Below, piece after piece: positions 1 to 16,195 of a stretch of DNA of 64,000 bases. The notes under the pieces were generated by a model. That model was not told the DNA's origin. It did no database searches and saw only the letters and a program-made list of their open reading frames with translations. Each line of letters opens with the position of its first letter. Position 1 is the first letter of the stretch. This stretch comes from Antedon mediterranea (lineage: Eukaryota; Animalia; Echinodermata). The position numbers and the translations under genes were made by a program. Location: NCBI RefSeq assembly GCF_964355755.1, contig NC_092676.1:23268871-23332870 (forward strand), given 5' to 3'.

Positions 1-3000
1 ACAAATAAAACATATAATTCGTTAGTTTATTCAGAGAAGAGTGAAATTACAGTGTAGTGTAGTTCCCTAGTTTATCGTATAGGCCTACAATTGTGCGGAA
101 CCGAAACGTTTATATTGCATAGTATGATAGTCAATGTCTGTCATGAGTATTCCTAGGGGAATGATAATTTAGGAAATGCATAGATAAGTTAACGATAAAC
201 TGGGATTTAAAGATTGTCCCGACCAAATTGTCCGTCAAGATGGGCTTGGCATACAAATCTATCATTTCTATTTAAACGTTTCTCGATATAAAATCCATCA
301 CCGGCTACGGGTCACACCTCAAAACTTAACCAAAAGCATATACGGAGGTAATACGTTAGACCTATCTTTCAATATCAGACATCGTGAGATTATGTTAGGG
401 TCAAATCAAATTATTTTTCGAAATAGAAATAATTGATGTCATATTTGTGTTTGATTGATGTGAATTTGTACAAGTGGATCGGTCTGTCAAGTGGAGTAAT
501 ACGATTTGTCAAAAACACTTTTTTTATCACAATACTATCGAGCGTAATATTGCTTAGCTCTGTATGATACAACAGACATTTTGTAAAATGTACTGAAGTA
601 TAACGAAACAAGGCACTAGTGATACAAACGGAATTTCGTAGAATTTACTAAATTATAACGAAAAAATGTGCATAATATTCGAATTTTATATTTATATTCA
701 TAATTATACAATACTTTTTATGATTATGATAAATTATATACATGAGTTATACAAACGAAATATCTGAATAAGTACAGTAGTCCTTTACATTATTAATAAC
801 TATAATATAAAAGGTATAGTTATAGTTAATAGTAAAATATTTTATAATTGTTTTCTGATTCTATGTTTTTTTGTAATATATTGCATGAATGCATCTAAGA
901 CGGTGTTATTCACCTTATACTTTCGTTGATGTCTGAGACCTTGAAGTCCGGACATCTAGGCCTCTGTAACTCAGGTGAGGGCGAAAAACATCACAGTGCC
1001 GAGCACACCTGGCGGTCGTGTGGGTGCAAATAACCAGCCTGGAGTTGTGCGACCTTCAATGTTGTTATTTCAACTCGATGTTAGCTTCAGCTATTGTCAT
1101 ATTATATCTATCTAAGTGAAGGAACATGCCGATTACCCGACGGAAGACTTTCGAAACATCCCAGGGCGTGTTTTTGAAACTCCGCCGGTGGGAACGACAA
1201 TCTTGGACATCGAAACTTAGGCTTAAATTGTCTTATTTACGTGCGTGTGTTTGAAAAATATACCGCGTGTTTTTACCCGGGAGTTATATCAAAACTCGGA
1301 CATAAGTCTTTAGATATTTTTGTTTTATAATACCACACAATATTGACCGGTTTAAAGTAGAACGCGACCAGCCACTGGCATTTTCGACGGCAAAGTATTG
1401 AATTCAAGTTGACGAAATCACGCCCAAATGGTCCGATTTGTGATGTTACCAGAAAGATATCATTTTCGCGGCATTATGCTATAGGCTGAAAGTTGGTATC
1501 AGACGATTCAGATAACTGTGGTTACAAAACGACAGATAGGGCGAGTATGATCCCCGGTGTATAACGATTAACTGGAAAAAGTAATTGAATTAATAGGAGG
1601 TTTTTTTCGTTTGTTTCTCTTTTTTTTAAACAGTAGTAGGCTACCGTACCCCTTTCTTTAATAGTAGTAGTAGTATTTCCCCCTCGATCCGTTTTTATTT
1701 TCTCTTTAAGTAGGCCTATACGTTTTATATGTTGGCATAGTTTCGGTTTATTTACAATGTCGGAAACATGAAAAGAACACAATATATATACATTTATCTA
1801 ATTAAATTCATGATTATTATTAATTATAGGTACTTTAATATGGAAAATAGCAAAATCTTTTTTTTAATGAATTCTACCCGCCTGTTATTTATCAATTGCA
1901 TAATTGATGGTTTCAATTGAAAACAGTTAATTGTTTTTATAATCGCTCTCCTTTCAAGATCAAAAACGTATTTTGATATTTGTTTAAGTAATCTAACTAA
2001 TGTGGGGAGTGTGTGTTTCAAGCTATTTACCCTTTGGGCATGCGCGATCCTCAAATGTCCTGAGTTCGTTCAACTCAATATAGTACACGTGTGATTATGG
2101 AAATTAATAAATATCGACAACAAATTAAGTTATGTGGCCACTTTCAAAACGAAATATTTTCATGGAAATTTGATTGACAATATCTATGCCCTCAATAGCT
2201 CGAATGCCAAGAGTATTTGACGTATGAAATTTAAAATTTTAATTGACATACGGTAAGACTGAACATCGTCGTTAGTCGTATACATTCTTAAATAGCAATA
2301 AGTTAGATTATTACTACAAATATAATGAAAAAGCGTGATCTTTAGGCTCTCAATGGAACATGTTATCCTCACAAGACACGCTAAGCCTACTTAGCAATAG
2401 GCCTAAGTCATTCTCCAGGATGATGAGTAGGGGTTCAATGCCCTTTGTAGTCTAGGCTGGCTTAAGGTTGACCCATAAACCGACTACCTTCTCACATTCA
2501 ACGGAAGTGTCAGAATACATTCAACACATTCGTCATATTAATATATATTTTTATAGCTGGATGTAGCTGATTCAATTTTTGTTACTGATAAAATGCATTT
2601 ACTTCAATGCATTTCTTAAAGGTAAACACAAAATCACGACAATTTTAACATTATAAGATACTTAAATAGGATACTTAAAGATGTTAATAGCCCATTTTGT
2701 AGTTTTAATAAAGTTTCAAAAAAAATAAGGGGAAAACATTATGATTTCACTTTCAAAAAGACAAAATAAACAGTTAAAATTTTACCAAAAACCTAACTAA
2801 AACTGACTATATTTTGCGTTATATTTTTCAGGTAAATCATTAATTTTATTATTATTTAAAAAAATATAAGTTGAAAGAAAATTATAGTATAGGCCTAAAC
2901 AATATGTTTTTTTGAAATTATAACGTGAACTGTTTAGTTTAAACATTATACAGTTAGGCCTATAAGAATTACCCTACAACAATATTGGCCTGTTGAATGA

Positions 3001-3478
3001 AACTGATTTTAACGAATTTTTAATAATTACTGCAATTGCATTAAATTAAGTTAGTACAACATAAAGTTAATATTAACTTCTTTCTTGATTAATTGTACGT
3101 AATACTAACAAACGTTCAACAATAGTGTAATTTTACTGCATAACAATCTCGCAATGTTATTGTAAAACTACCGCGTTTCGCCGAGTTGTACTTTGTCGAT
3201 GACCCATAGTGGACAGTGCAACCACTGCGTGACTGACCACAGGGCAAGTAGACAACTCGGACAATTATTGCTTCGGGATTTTAGACTTGAAAATAGAACA
3301 CGGAATGTGGCAGATAGGATGACATTGTTTTGTCGACGGTTGGACGCGAAATAGTCCAATAAAACCACAATTTGGTAAAACAATTTGGCATCGAACAGGT
3401 GTACTTTTTTTTAATGTAATAAGTGCAATGTTTTATCGAATCATTCTTTATCGTTAATAAATAAAATTCATTATTAAA

Positions 3479-3741
3479 ACTTATAGTAATAATAATAGTT
3501 TAACTTTATAATTTGTGCATTACATCCTTCATTATTTAGATAGACTGTAATGATTTCTATTAAATCAATTCATAATCTTCGTTTACAACTTTAAATAAAA
3601 ATAATTATTACAACTTATAGTAATAATAACATTTTAAATTTATAACTTGTTAGTGCATTAAGTCCTTATTTATTTAGATATGCTATAATTATTTCTATTA
3701 AATCAATTAATAATAATTATTCGTTTACAACTTTAAATAAA
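3479..3741. repeat. Tandem duplication (~130 bp)
   Basis: acttatagtaataataa...tcgtttacaactttaaataaa twice. Confidence 0.85.
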
Positions 3742-6700
3742 GAATTTAGTCAGTTAGTACAAAAATCAAATTATTGTCGGAATATTGCAATTCGTTCGTT
3801 AATCTGAAGTTGTATTATACAATGGGTTTTATATTTATTTATTTATTTCATAAAACCTCCAGAAAGAGAAGCAATCTTGTACAACATATAACATCAATGT
3901 AAAATATAAACATATTTAAAATATGTAGGCCTAATGTAGTTCTAGCCTAATTAAACTTTTTATAAATATCTTTGTATGTAAATTTTCACGGTAATTCATA
4001 ACATACAAAACAAAATCATGGGGTATTGTTCAAACAATGCGCTTCATTTTCCTTCTTTCGGTTATTATTTCTAATTCCGCGTATTAAATATGTTCTTAGT
4101 TATTATACAGACAGGCATTAGGCATTGGGGAGAATGGTGGACAGAAAGTAGCCCGGAGCTAATAGACATCGAAGGTGCTCTGGTTAACGTTGGTCTCGTA
4201 TCAAACCAAAATGTCGAACCCTGCAGCAATATTATTAAATATTCCATTCAATATCGGACTTGGTATTATAGCTAGCCCTAGACCGGACAAGGACAGGGTA
4301 GCATGCGCGTTTAATTAGCGGCAGATGGCGGCGACGGCTACGGAGTCCGTCTTGGCAATGTATCGGATAGGCATGCTGGGAAGAACATGTAGCACAGGGC
4401 CTAACGTGAGGTCCCGGGGAACATAGAATGTTAAAGAGGCTGGTAAAGAGTTCACATAACCCGATGAACTGGATACCGACAGAGAAATGTAAACTTAAAA
4501 TGACCTCATGTGGCACATTTAAGTGTTTGATCTTGATTACGATACAATATTTTATTTTAGTTAGGTAATATTAAGACTCTACATATTTTGAATTTTTTAG
4601 TTTAGAATATTTACCAAAAAAAAAAATATAATGATAGTTTATGTAGGCATATTGTGATACACAACCAGAAAGTGTTTTCATCAATTCCAAGTTTTATCCA
4701 AGATAGACCGTAAATTATGAATTAAGAACAAACTCGACATCTGTAATATCATACAATTCTTAACCTCGCCATGTTAAAATATATGTATGATCTAGATTAT
4801 TTGGACTATTTATGATTTATTATGATATATATAATAACTTATTAGTTTACAAAATGGTATCAATAGACATACTACAAAATATTATATCGTTTACGAAATA
4901 CCGGTAGACACATAACAAAATATACGATAGAATATAGATTATTTTGTGAATGAATAAATATAAGTGTTAACATTCTTTGTTTTATCATAGGTTTATTTGT
5001 TAGAATTCTTTGTTTTAAATGCATCCACATTGCATTTGTAGCAGTTCTCTGCAGTCTCCATATAGGCCTATAATGTTCAGTATTATGTTCAAAACTTTAT
5101 GTGAATGATAGGCGGCGCTCTTCCAAGCCTATTACGTGGTTTCAAAGAGGCCAGGTGGAACTTTTCAGTGTCACTAGTTATATTGGACATAATGATTCGC
5201 GTGTCTTGAGCAAATTCCCGGATTTAGAAACAATTATAATTCCTTTTCTTGCTGGGTGGAGACGATTTCAATCCTACAGGTGCAATAGGAGCTTATTACA
5301 ATCATAATGAATAACATTCTCAATCGTTGAAATGTTGCAGGCGTATAAGAAAAACTGCAGTTGGTTTTCGTCAAATGGCTTATTCGCCAGTAATACAGTT
5401 ACTGACACGGCCAACGGTGAAACACTTAAAATCATATAGGGCTGCTAATATGAATGTAAATATACAATGTAACGTTGTAGACTGTGAATTCGTTCGTGCT
5501 CGTGTGAGGAGCGTGTTTTAAGTAAGATCTTACCACAGATATATCACATTCTAAATACAATTGCTATAGTTTGTTTAGTCTGATGGACCGAAATAAACGC
5601 GTAAGAAATAATAGTATCAATGTACTTGTATAGCATTGGTTACTTTCCCAAATCAACGAAAGTAGACCGTACCTATATCTTGACATACGCGTTGATGAAA
5701 AATAAAATCTAAAAATGATTGTAAAACGTGTCTCATGTGACTCATACGTTTATCATATTTAAGCATAATGTATGCAAACATGTCTTTTCATTTTCTTTTC
5801 CATTTATTTCTGTCTTATTTACTCTGAATTGTGATTAGGAATTTGTTTCAAGTTAATTTTTCATTCACGTTTGTCACCGAATATCGTCTTTATCTATTAA
5901 AGAAATAAGAGTAATACAATAAAATCAATTCTAAAATTATAAGGTCTTCAATTAGAGACGCTGAAGAGTTATTTATTGTTAGCTTGTTATTCATAAACTT
6001 ATGCCTGAGTATCACCTGAGCAAAATATATAGAATGCCACCCACGACCGAACGTGGTATGTAGAACGCCTATGGACGTGACGGATGGATTCATAGAACCT
6101 GGCCTAATTTCCCCTTCTAACCAACCTCTTCACGAGGGGATCCTATGTAACTTGTACGTGGATAATGTAATAGTATCATCTCACATATCTACTTAAACAA
6201 GCGCGCAAGTTGTAATTACTGGATGCCAGTCTAGCATGACAACATGAAAACATGTTCAGATTAATTATCGATGATATAATTAGCCAATTAACACGAAATA
6301 TAACTAATTACATTAATGTTATAATTTTAACGTATGTCATTTTATCGTGTTTTGTATAGTATAATGATAGGCCTACTTAAAATTATTTATATAATTGGGC
6401 TTTTAGAAGTGTTGGTTCAGATCGCATATGTTAGTTCTTCTATTAGGCTTATACCGGTACATAAATATAAATGTAATAATTTTTTTTCTTTAGTCAAATT
6501 TTTAACACTATATGCCAGGTATGTTTACCATTATATGAACTTTATTTTCAGAGTTTAAATCGTATTGTTAGTGCTTTTGATAGGCCTATACATATTATTA
6601 CTTATACATTTTCCTTAACTTTTTTATTCAGTCTAAAGCATTATATGCCAGGTATGTTTACCGTTATATGAACTTTATTTTCACTTTCTTATTATTGTTG

Positions 6701-8104
6701 TTTCGTTGCGGAATGACATTTGAGAATTATGAAAATATGTTGTTTCAAGGTTTCTTGTCATATCGAAGTGTCAAATCTTTCATGTTGTCGGTCGCTCCCC
6801 AAACAGTCGAGGATATGACCTGTAATAATGTTAAAGCATGCTGGGATGTTCTTAGTCTCAACTTTGTACCCATGTCAACGACCTCTGAAATACATACCGA
6901 CGGAGAAGACAATATGTATGATCTAAATTCAAACCGACAGAGAATTCTAAATTATTTTAGTTTTGGGGTATATTATGACGAAATGCTTACTCGTTCTTTA
7001 AAAATTCGCGGAGTTTGCGCAATGAGGGAGTGTGGTCATATTTAAGCCTCGTGGCAATTTTTGTGACGACACCGATAGACGGTATTACTTACTTATAATA
7101 AAAATGTATGTATATTGTTATGGAATGTTATTTTTGTATGTGTAATTATTTTGATATAGCCAATACAGTATTCAATATATTATTAATATCGAGTGCCTAA
7201 ATTGTAGGTTAAATAACCAAGTGTTTATATTATAGCCTTACATTAACATAGGAAAAAATGTGATTTCCAAGCTTCTAACTTAAAGTAAGCCCTCAGAAAG
7301 CAACCATTCCTTACAGGCCTAATGTAATTGTAACCATCATACGGCAGGCCTATTCAGAAACATCAAGTTGTATCCAATATATCATCCATAACAATCAATA
7401 ACCTATATCGACTAATTAATTTCAATTTTGAATGTAAAGTCAAATCAAATCTATTTTATCTCAGGCAAATACCGCCCTCTCATCAATATCAATATTATGT
7501 GACATCTTCCTATTAAAGTGACACAAAATGGCTTTTACAATGTATTTTAGACACATGTATAGTATAACATTTATATTAGCTTGCCCGCCCATGATATAAA
7601 CCGGTCAACAAAACACCTATATTCTGGTATATTTATTGTTCGGAATAAACCCATGGATAAAATCAGCGTAGTCGCACAACAGTGTAAAATCAGCGTGATA
7701 TGACCGTACACGTGTACCATCTTAAGGATGTCTCCTTCGGGAATTAACCGTTCCTTGAGGAATTAAATGTAAAGGAAGAGGGGGATCAAGCAATCTTTAT
7801 ACCAAGACGGTAGGGACAACGACAAATGTTCATCACATCTATATTACATATTAATCTATAATTCGAACAGTATGGAAAATAGACAGAGAAGGAAACCAGT
7901 CTTAGGAAATTTATTAGGAAAAAAATGACGATAAACAAAGTTTCCATTCTTCAATCCATTACGCAGTTAATAAACATTCGTTCTGTACTGTCAATCAATA
8001 TGAGGTTAGCTAGGCCTACATGATCGATTGTTAAAGTAAATATAGCTACAGTGATATATTCGTTCTAGTCCTGATGTAAATCAGTCAATAATTTGAAAAA
8101 AAAA

Positions 8105-8640
8105 TAGCCTAAAAGGTACGAAATAATAATATTCAAAAAAACATATACAGTGTTCAAACAAATCTAAACAAAACACAAGAAGATATCATAATTATTTCAA
8201 TATTTAAAAAGCTGTTTTAATATGGGGTATACATGACATGTACGGTACATGACATGACATGACATGACATGAAGTGTTACTATAACGTCAGTAAATAAAA
8301 AAGAAAATGCCTAAAAAGTAGGCCTACGAAAAATTCAAACAAACCTATACAGTATCCAAACAAATCTAAAGAAAACACAAGAAGATGATATAATTATTTC
8401 AATATTTAAAAAGTTGTTGCAATTTTTAATATGTGGTACACATGACAGTGTTTACAACGTCAGTAAAAAATTGGAAAATGCCTAAAAAGTACGAAATAAT
8501 AACATTCAAACAAACCTAGGCCTAACAGTATCCAAATAAAACATAACAAAACACAAGTAGATATCATAATTATTTTAATATTTAAAAAGCTGTGTTGCCA
8601 TTTTTAATCTGTGGTATACATGACAAAGTGTTTACAACGA
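8105..8640. repeat. Tandem triplication of a ~170-200-bp unit
   Basis: gcctaaaa.gtacgaaa...acacaagaagatatcataattatt...acatgaca...acaacg three times. Confidence 0.9.
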
Positions 8641-9248
8641 AAAATATCTAGTTACTTATAAGATTGTAACTTCTTAACTTTTGATGAAACAGCTTTAACT
8701 GTGAATAATAATTTCAGTATGGAAGGCATTTGCTTAAAAGATGGCCTAAGGATAAAATAAACTTCCGCAGTCATCTATTCTCAAGAGACAGTGATGTTGC
8801 AATTATTAGTATAGATTCAACAATTGGTAGATTATCAATTTCTTTCTATATTTAGAGTAGAGTGTCTCCCCTCCAATTAACGACCACTCGAAAATGAGCG
8901 GTTTTGTGTTCAATTTTCTTTATTGTTAAAGTCTGAGATTCTAACTTAACGTATTATGACACATGATAGGATGCGCATTGCAGCATAAGCAAGGGTTTAG
9001 ACTGTCGACACAAAAACGGCTTTATTTCTGCAAGCAGGCTGGCTAGTAATTTGTTTACTCAGGAGGCCGAGTAGAACGCCTTTCAAAACAGAGTTTGCAA
9101 TCAGACAGAAGTCTTAATCGTTATGGCAACAGAGTAAAGAAAAAAAGAAAGTAAATATCATAGCAAAGAACTTATAACACAAGAATCTCCTGTTCTTCAA
9201 TTTGCATTCAAAACACAGTATCGGAAGTACAGGGTTAAAAGGTCAAAC

Positions 9249-9488
9249 TGGGCGACGCCATTTCACAGCATGGAGCAGCGCCCCCTCCAAACTAGGAAGT
9301 CAATTACTCTACCCCCTAGAGTATTAGCAGAACCCCTCTATGATTTTGACTTTCTAATTTGATGCGGGCGCCCTACTCCTCAGTCAATTACTCTATCCCC
9401 CCTAGAGCATTAGCAGATCCCCTCTATGATTTTGACTTTCTAATTTGATGCGGGCGCCCTACTCCATGGCTCACAATGGCGCCACCCA
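9249..9488. mobile_element. GC-rich MITE-like element with ~37-bp imperfect TIRs and an internal ~83-bp tandem duplication
   Basis: tgggcgacgccatt...catggagcagcgccc mirrored by gggcgccctactccatg...aatggcgccaccca; 9298-9379 repeated at 9382-9465. Confidence 0.65.
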
Positions 9489-12400
9489 TAGCTCTATTCT
9501 ATCCCACAATGCCTTTCGAAATTGTTACGCGCTTCGGACGAACAGGAGATTCTTGTGTTATAAGTTCTTTGATCATAGTGGAAGTTCCATTCATACCTTG
9601 AATGATTTTAGAAAAGTATGTTTGTTTATGTCTTTTCCAGTTTCCTCAATGTGTAGGCCTATTTTAACGGTTTTATATAGTAGGCCGGTCTAACACGTGT
9701 GTGTAAGTCTACATGTAAAAGTTCAATGTGGAATTGCAGCATCAATGGAGAGGATAGGTGGGCTATGAACCCCTATGACGTCGTCAATATGATTCATCCC
9801 TCCCCACCCCTAAAAAATATATCTCATACGCTCATCGTTCGTTTCCTAAAAATACTAAATTATTTAAACGATTTTTTACGTATTTTTCATATTCGACCTT
9901 GAATTCTTTGCGATTACCCACACTTCCCCGGGGCCTCGGGTCATATGGCGTTTATCCAACACGACGTGAAAACACGCAAATGTCGTTTTTGTAAATCACT
10001 TCCAAACACGTGATGGGTTTATTTAATTTAATAGGTTAATCTTTACATTCATGTCATAATTAAACATCCCAATTACCTTTCATGCAAAAGAAGCTTATAC
10101 AATTTAAAATATGTGGTTATCAGTTTTATTTATGTAAAAAGCTTGTTTTAATTGCATGTTTTAACAAATTAAGTCAGATAAAATATTGTTTATAAAATGT
10201 AAGGCCTACAAATACTTTAAATGACTAAATCAAATAATACAGTATATTGTAAATTATTTAGTTGATTAAAATGCCTGTATAGGTAGCCCTCGTTAAATAA
10301 TTTTACAAAATGTGGAGTTATTATAAATCTATCACGTCATTATAATTAGACTATATTATCGTTATTTAAACAAATACTTCTTAATAAGAAAAAAAAAGAA
10401 AATAATACAGTATAGGCATATTGTAAATTATTTAGTTGATTAATCTGGATAGGTGGGCTATGAACCCCTATGACGTCATCATTTAAACCTAATTTTAATC
10501 GTAGCATAATATTTTGTACGCACTAGTTTCAAAACATAGCATTTATAATGATTACCTAGGCCTGTCATAACCATTTCAACAAAAATGTTTTGTTTTTCTA
10601 TTACTGCGTTGTTTTTGTTTATTAAAAGTAAAGTAAGAATGTATCGTAGCGTTAACTATACTAAAATATAACGAATCATTGGTGAACTTTCGAACCTATA
10701 TAAATTGATAATGAAACATGACACGGATCGAACATCTTTTCATGCTTTTCTTTTGCATTAACGTTAATTCAGAACCAGTTGCGTTTGCTTTAATTAAACC
10801 GCAAAGAACGTATTACCTAGTGACCCATACGGATATGAAATGTTATGTTTGCATTCACCATGTTATCACAAATCATTCGAAATAAACTTTAGAAATGTGT
10901 TATTTGGCAAAAGTTATTTTTAGAAACGACTTTATTATTAACTTTTGGAGTACTGTACTAATTTAGATTGAACGAATTTTTTAATTTGTTAATGTTAATA
11001 CCAGAGAATAGTCGGTATGGTACGCTGACACAAACAATATACTTGGCATTAGTAATTTGTGTTAAATATTGAGATTACAGAGATATGCGCCCCATATACG
11101 TGCAGTACGATATGAGGGGGGCTGACAAAAAAAAAGACTAATGTTTTGGGTGAAGTATCTCTAATTTGTCTAGTTTCTTCTAAAGTTCTATTTTGTTCAA
11201 ACTACAATTAATCCCTATTATGATTCTACTAATTATAAAGTGATGTACTTGTTAAAACAAATAAATGTTCGATTTAAAGAATATAACAAAAAAAGTACGT
11301 ACTGGATTATCATTGTTATAAGTCTGTAAACATAATCTTGAAAATCTAAATTACTTAATCATATATTACCACAATCGGTGACACCATTTCCACTCAGAAA
11401 ATTAAATCAAAAAAATAAATTAACCCGATAACAAAATTATTTTCAATTTTCTTTGTACCGATAAATCTGTTTGATACACAAGTGCAGTGGTTATGTTTTT
11501 GAAATTGATCTAGGCTATCCTCTACATATTTCCTTACGTGTAATTACATCGGTGAAACACCAAAGGTTTCCGTTCGGGACTTCTTTGAGGATTAGGCCTA
11601 GCTTAAAGGGTTCGGGCGGTAAGTCATTGCTTGGAATAGACTACTTAGGGCAGGTCGTATAGGGGATTTGGGATTGCCTTCCAAGCGGATTCAGGATGGT
11701 ACCGTGTGGTGTCGGCTTGTCGTAATTTTCCATACGGATGGCCTTCGTTATAACATGTAGGTCTATTTGCCGGTTTTTGTTATAAAATGAACTGGGTATA
11801 GGTCTACTTAATATAATGTGTACCTCATGTAATTTGTACTTTAATTGTGACTATAATATATATTTTTATTTTTTAAAAACCTCTATGAGCTTCACAAAAT
11901 AAAATAGTGTGTGTTTTCGAAGAGGTGAATCTAGAATTTAATTGTAATAATTGAATACAATAGATTATCAACAGATCTTCTTTGTAATAAGATAAGATGA
12001 ATTGATAAGTTATGGTTATGGTCTTCCCTGGTTAGACAATAATTTAAATGATTTAGTTTTGTTTTTAAAATAATTACTCTATACTTTACCCTACGAATTT
12101 GTTGGGAAATCAACAACATCGCTGTCAATAAAAATCGATATGTTGATGATTGATGTTGTACCAGCGGTAAAGAATATATGGACGACCTACTAATTACTTA
12201 AAACATGGTGGTATACCGCAGAATCAATATTGATAATACTGTACTAAAACATAGAGGATACTGAAATGAAACCGTACGCTATAGAATAGGCCTTAGTCTG
12301 CACTTAAACATGTTTACCGTCGCATCAATTGCATGGGGTAATAGTATGAGCTATGTATTGACTTTACCAGGGTGTTAAGTAAATCGCATAGTCATTGAGT

Positions 12401-15400
12401 AACCCAGCGTTTAACTGGCCATGAATATACAGAGTTCAAGTCACACAACGCCCAAAATAGCCTGCAATTTTTTTGTGAATGGCTGGTAGGATTAACCGTG
12501 ACTTTTGTAGGAAACGTACACTTTCTTAATCGTGCAAGTTCATGTCTTTTTACAGTATTGTACAATCACAAAAAGAGCAATTCATGAAAGATTACTAACG
12601 CGTATATAATTTAATAGATTACGTCATCGTTTAATGTGTACGCGTAACATGACCAATACAATTTACGAACTCGCCAGTTAAAAAAAAATGTATTCGTTAA
12701 ATTAAGCTGTATGGTAAAGTGCCATCTTAAGAGTAAAGATACATTGTCTCTCTGTCATTTCACAAAAGTGTCCCTTAATGGGGTACCAATGGAGGGGTCC
12801 TACTGTAATAAGACATCAAACTTATTTAATATGGATAATAATTCGTTAAAAACAAACAACGAACAGAAATATTCGCATGTTTGAACGCATAGGCCGACGA
12901 ATTGTAATTGACTGAATATGAATAGGTATGTCACGTGGTTACTCTTGCACGAGTGTGAATTTATTTCTGCTAATATTAATGATTGTGACGATTAATTTAT
13001 TTGTTTTGCAACTATATTAAAGGAAATCAATCATAATTATAACCTTAAATCATACTATATTTTTGGATTTATGACTTTCTTCTGACTTAAAGTTTCAAAT
13101 ACAGAAAATCAAAATATTTTCGCCCATGTTGAATTTGTTGTTGCTGAACGCTAAATGATGTCGAGCTATCAGTTACTTACAAATTAAAATAAGTAAAGTT
13201 CACTACATCTCAGATATGTAAATCCGTTACAGCATGGTATTTCACAAATTCATCACAAGAACAAATTAAATCAAGTAGCACCTCAGTGAATTAAATCATA
13301 TTCAAGAGTTATATCGAAAAGTACTTAAGGCAGACGGCGAATAGGAAATACAGTGTATGCTAAAACGAGACAAAATACATTTACAGAAAAGCAAAACAAA
13401 TGTAATATAAAACCCAAGATTCTAGTAATTATTCGCTCCATGAGTTTTCATTACAATTAATTTAAATAGTTTTCAAGTACTGTTTTCTTTTTATCCGCTG
13501 ATTTAATAATGTCGGGTTGTGAAATTAACACTCGTGTTGTAATTTGAGTTCTAACAAAGTAGTCTTTTAACATCTCCAATAATGATCCTTTTATTAAACT
13601 CTTCTTTGTCTCTTAACCGGGTGTAATTATTTTAAATGTATTTTAATAAGCGTTATTACTGAAACTATTAACAACGCGTGGTGTCAAGTCTAGTGTCTAT
13701 AATAACGATCAGGTTGAAGGAAAGTTAGCCAATACTAATAGCATTTCTGACTCTTCCAAATAATCGCCGCCCCCCCCCCCCCTGCTTAAGTCTAACACTT
13801 AATAATATATAAATCTACATTCAATTCAACACCCACACCCCTTCCACTTCAAATCTACCTCAAATGCAATACTTCCCTCCTATACACGCCTCTAATATTC
13901 AGTAACCCAATCCAATACCCCCTCCTACAGAGGGTGTGTGTTGTACCCCTCCTACAGAGGGGTGTTGAACCTTGAAACGCAAACGATAGTCTATAGTGTG
14001 TATGTACAATTTCATATTCATTTAGTACAGTATACCATATATCGGTCATCAGCGCATTCCTTTAGACTTTCGCTAAATATTATGCATGTACACGGAATAT
14101 ATCGCATATTTTAAATGCTATTAACATGCGTGTGCACACCTACAGTCTGTAAAAACAATTTTATGTTTTTAGTAATTCATAGAAAATGGGTCTTTCTTAA
14201 CGAATAATAAAAAAAAATAGACTCCACTTAAAAGACCATTTTTGTTATTAAACTTATTATGTAACCCGGATGAATCTACGTCAATGCACTTTATGTTCAG
14301 ATAATTTGAAAGACGCAGACAATATTATTACGAGCTATTAACAAATATATCAATTAAACTAATTAAAACTAAGCTTCTGGCTGTGATCCAATAGTAAATT
14401 ATCTAGTCTACTTTGTCCCTCTTGGCGTGTCATACCACTAAGCACATTTATCAAACTCCAATGTATATTGTACTTCCATTTAATTTATATTACGATGTAA
14501 CCAAATCTCGTCAAAATATTCTGAACCATTCTCCTCAACTGACCTTTTAAGTTCATATAAGATTTCACAAAACTCGACTTTTACAGATTTTTATACGGTT
14601 CATTTTATAGGATTTGTTACACTCGTAAATTACCACGGTAGAAGATTAGTTAGTTTACTAAACGAAATGTGAAATATAATTTAAAAGGGCAGAAAGACCA
14701 ACTGGGAGGTTGGTTCAGATGATTAAAAGGGTCCTAGCTTAAATATGGACTAAAATGTGACCGTTGTTATCATGAATTTAAAAAGTTATTAGGAATTATG
14801 GTACAAAACAGACCCTCTTCTTACCCGATGCGGGTCATTCCTTGTGAATATTTACACTGTCTGGCCTACTGTACATTATCTTATATGTTTACTCACGATC
14901 CTATACAGTAAATAATGTAGGCAAATATAAATATGACTATCGTTACGCGGAGTATACATTTTACCGTGTTGAAGTTCCTTATATTATATTAAATTGTGTT
15001 TTTCTAATAACATCATTTTTCAATTGTATTGAAATCTATCATACTTAATTTGTTATGAATTATAGGCCTATATACAATGATTGATATGTAATCATAAAAA
15101 TATGAATCTATTTAGATGTAATAAAATAAATTATAACAGATAATTGGGTGCTAAAAAATTAAGTAGATTTTTTAACTGAATAATAATCGAATAGACAAGC
15201 ATACATGTACATTCTTGTTAATAAGCTTTATTAATATTCAATTTACTTTTAAAAGTGAATTAAAAATAGGTCGTATTACATAAAATTAGCGTAAATAGGC
15301 CAACTATAATACGATTTTTTTTTTTAGATGTAAAGTAGGCCTATTCATTCAATTTTGGGAACACCCGTTACTAAATTGTAAACTCACACTGTTGTAGGCC

Positions 15401-16195
15401 TATATGATTATACTTTCTTTACCTTTATGGTAATTTTAAGACAAATAAATCTCAATAAAATAATATGCCTTCACACAACACAGTTATTAAAAACGTATTC
15501 ATTATATGGTTTATATATTTTGTTTGGTCTTACCACTGGTCTTCTTTTAAAACTACTGTTAAAATGGTCATTATATTGTAAATATAATCAACGCTGTCTA
15601 TAGAAACAATTTCATTTTGTGCTCTAATAGGCCTACTGCAACTATCACTGTATTCGTAATTAGTGTCAATTATCGTTAACTGTGTAATCATGGCTAGTTT
15701 AGCCATGTTTTAATTAATTGTGTTCGTTAGTAATGGAATCACTTTCTATTATAAAAACAATGCGTTTAGATAATGGTCCCGTAAATAATGGATTCTTTCA
15801 ACGTGTTAAATAGGAGGATGAGTTGGATCTCACGTCGGAAGCGTACTTTTAAAACATTCGATCAATTTTTTCAAAGTAACTTAATTTTACGATAAGGTAA
15901 TGATTGTTTCAAACACGCTTATTCCATACTTTATTGAATACGTTCAATAACAACTTTTAATGGGAATAAAATTTAATTAATCTTGATATACAGAGCTTTA
16001 ATATAGGCTGCAAATATTTGATAATTAATTTAATAATTAATCCAACGCTAACAATTAAATTTATGAAAGTTTTAGATATACATTAAAGGATTTATGTGTT
16101 GTTATCAACACGGAGAAAACTTTTGTTTTCTTTGTGAGATTTACTTCCATTTAATAATCGTCATTATCTATTATTCTAGATATTTCATTTCAATA

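Noticed and set aside
6013-6150. Minus-strand segment ending CAG/GTGATA as a possible sim exon
   Set aside because: No similarity to SIM PAS-region sequence, and stops follow the candidate acceptor in all frames.
6668-7045. 125-aa ORF and the other short ORFs in 1-44 kb
   Set aside because: No recognisable domain; composition typical of random AT-rich ORFs.
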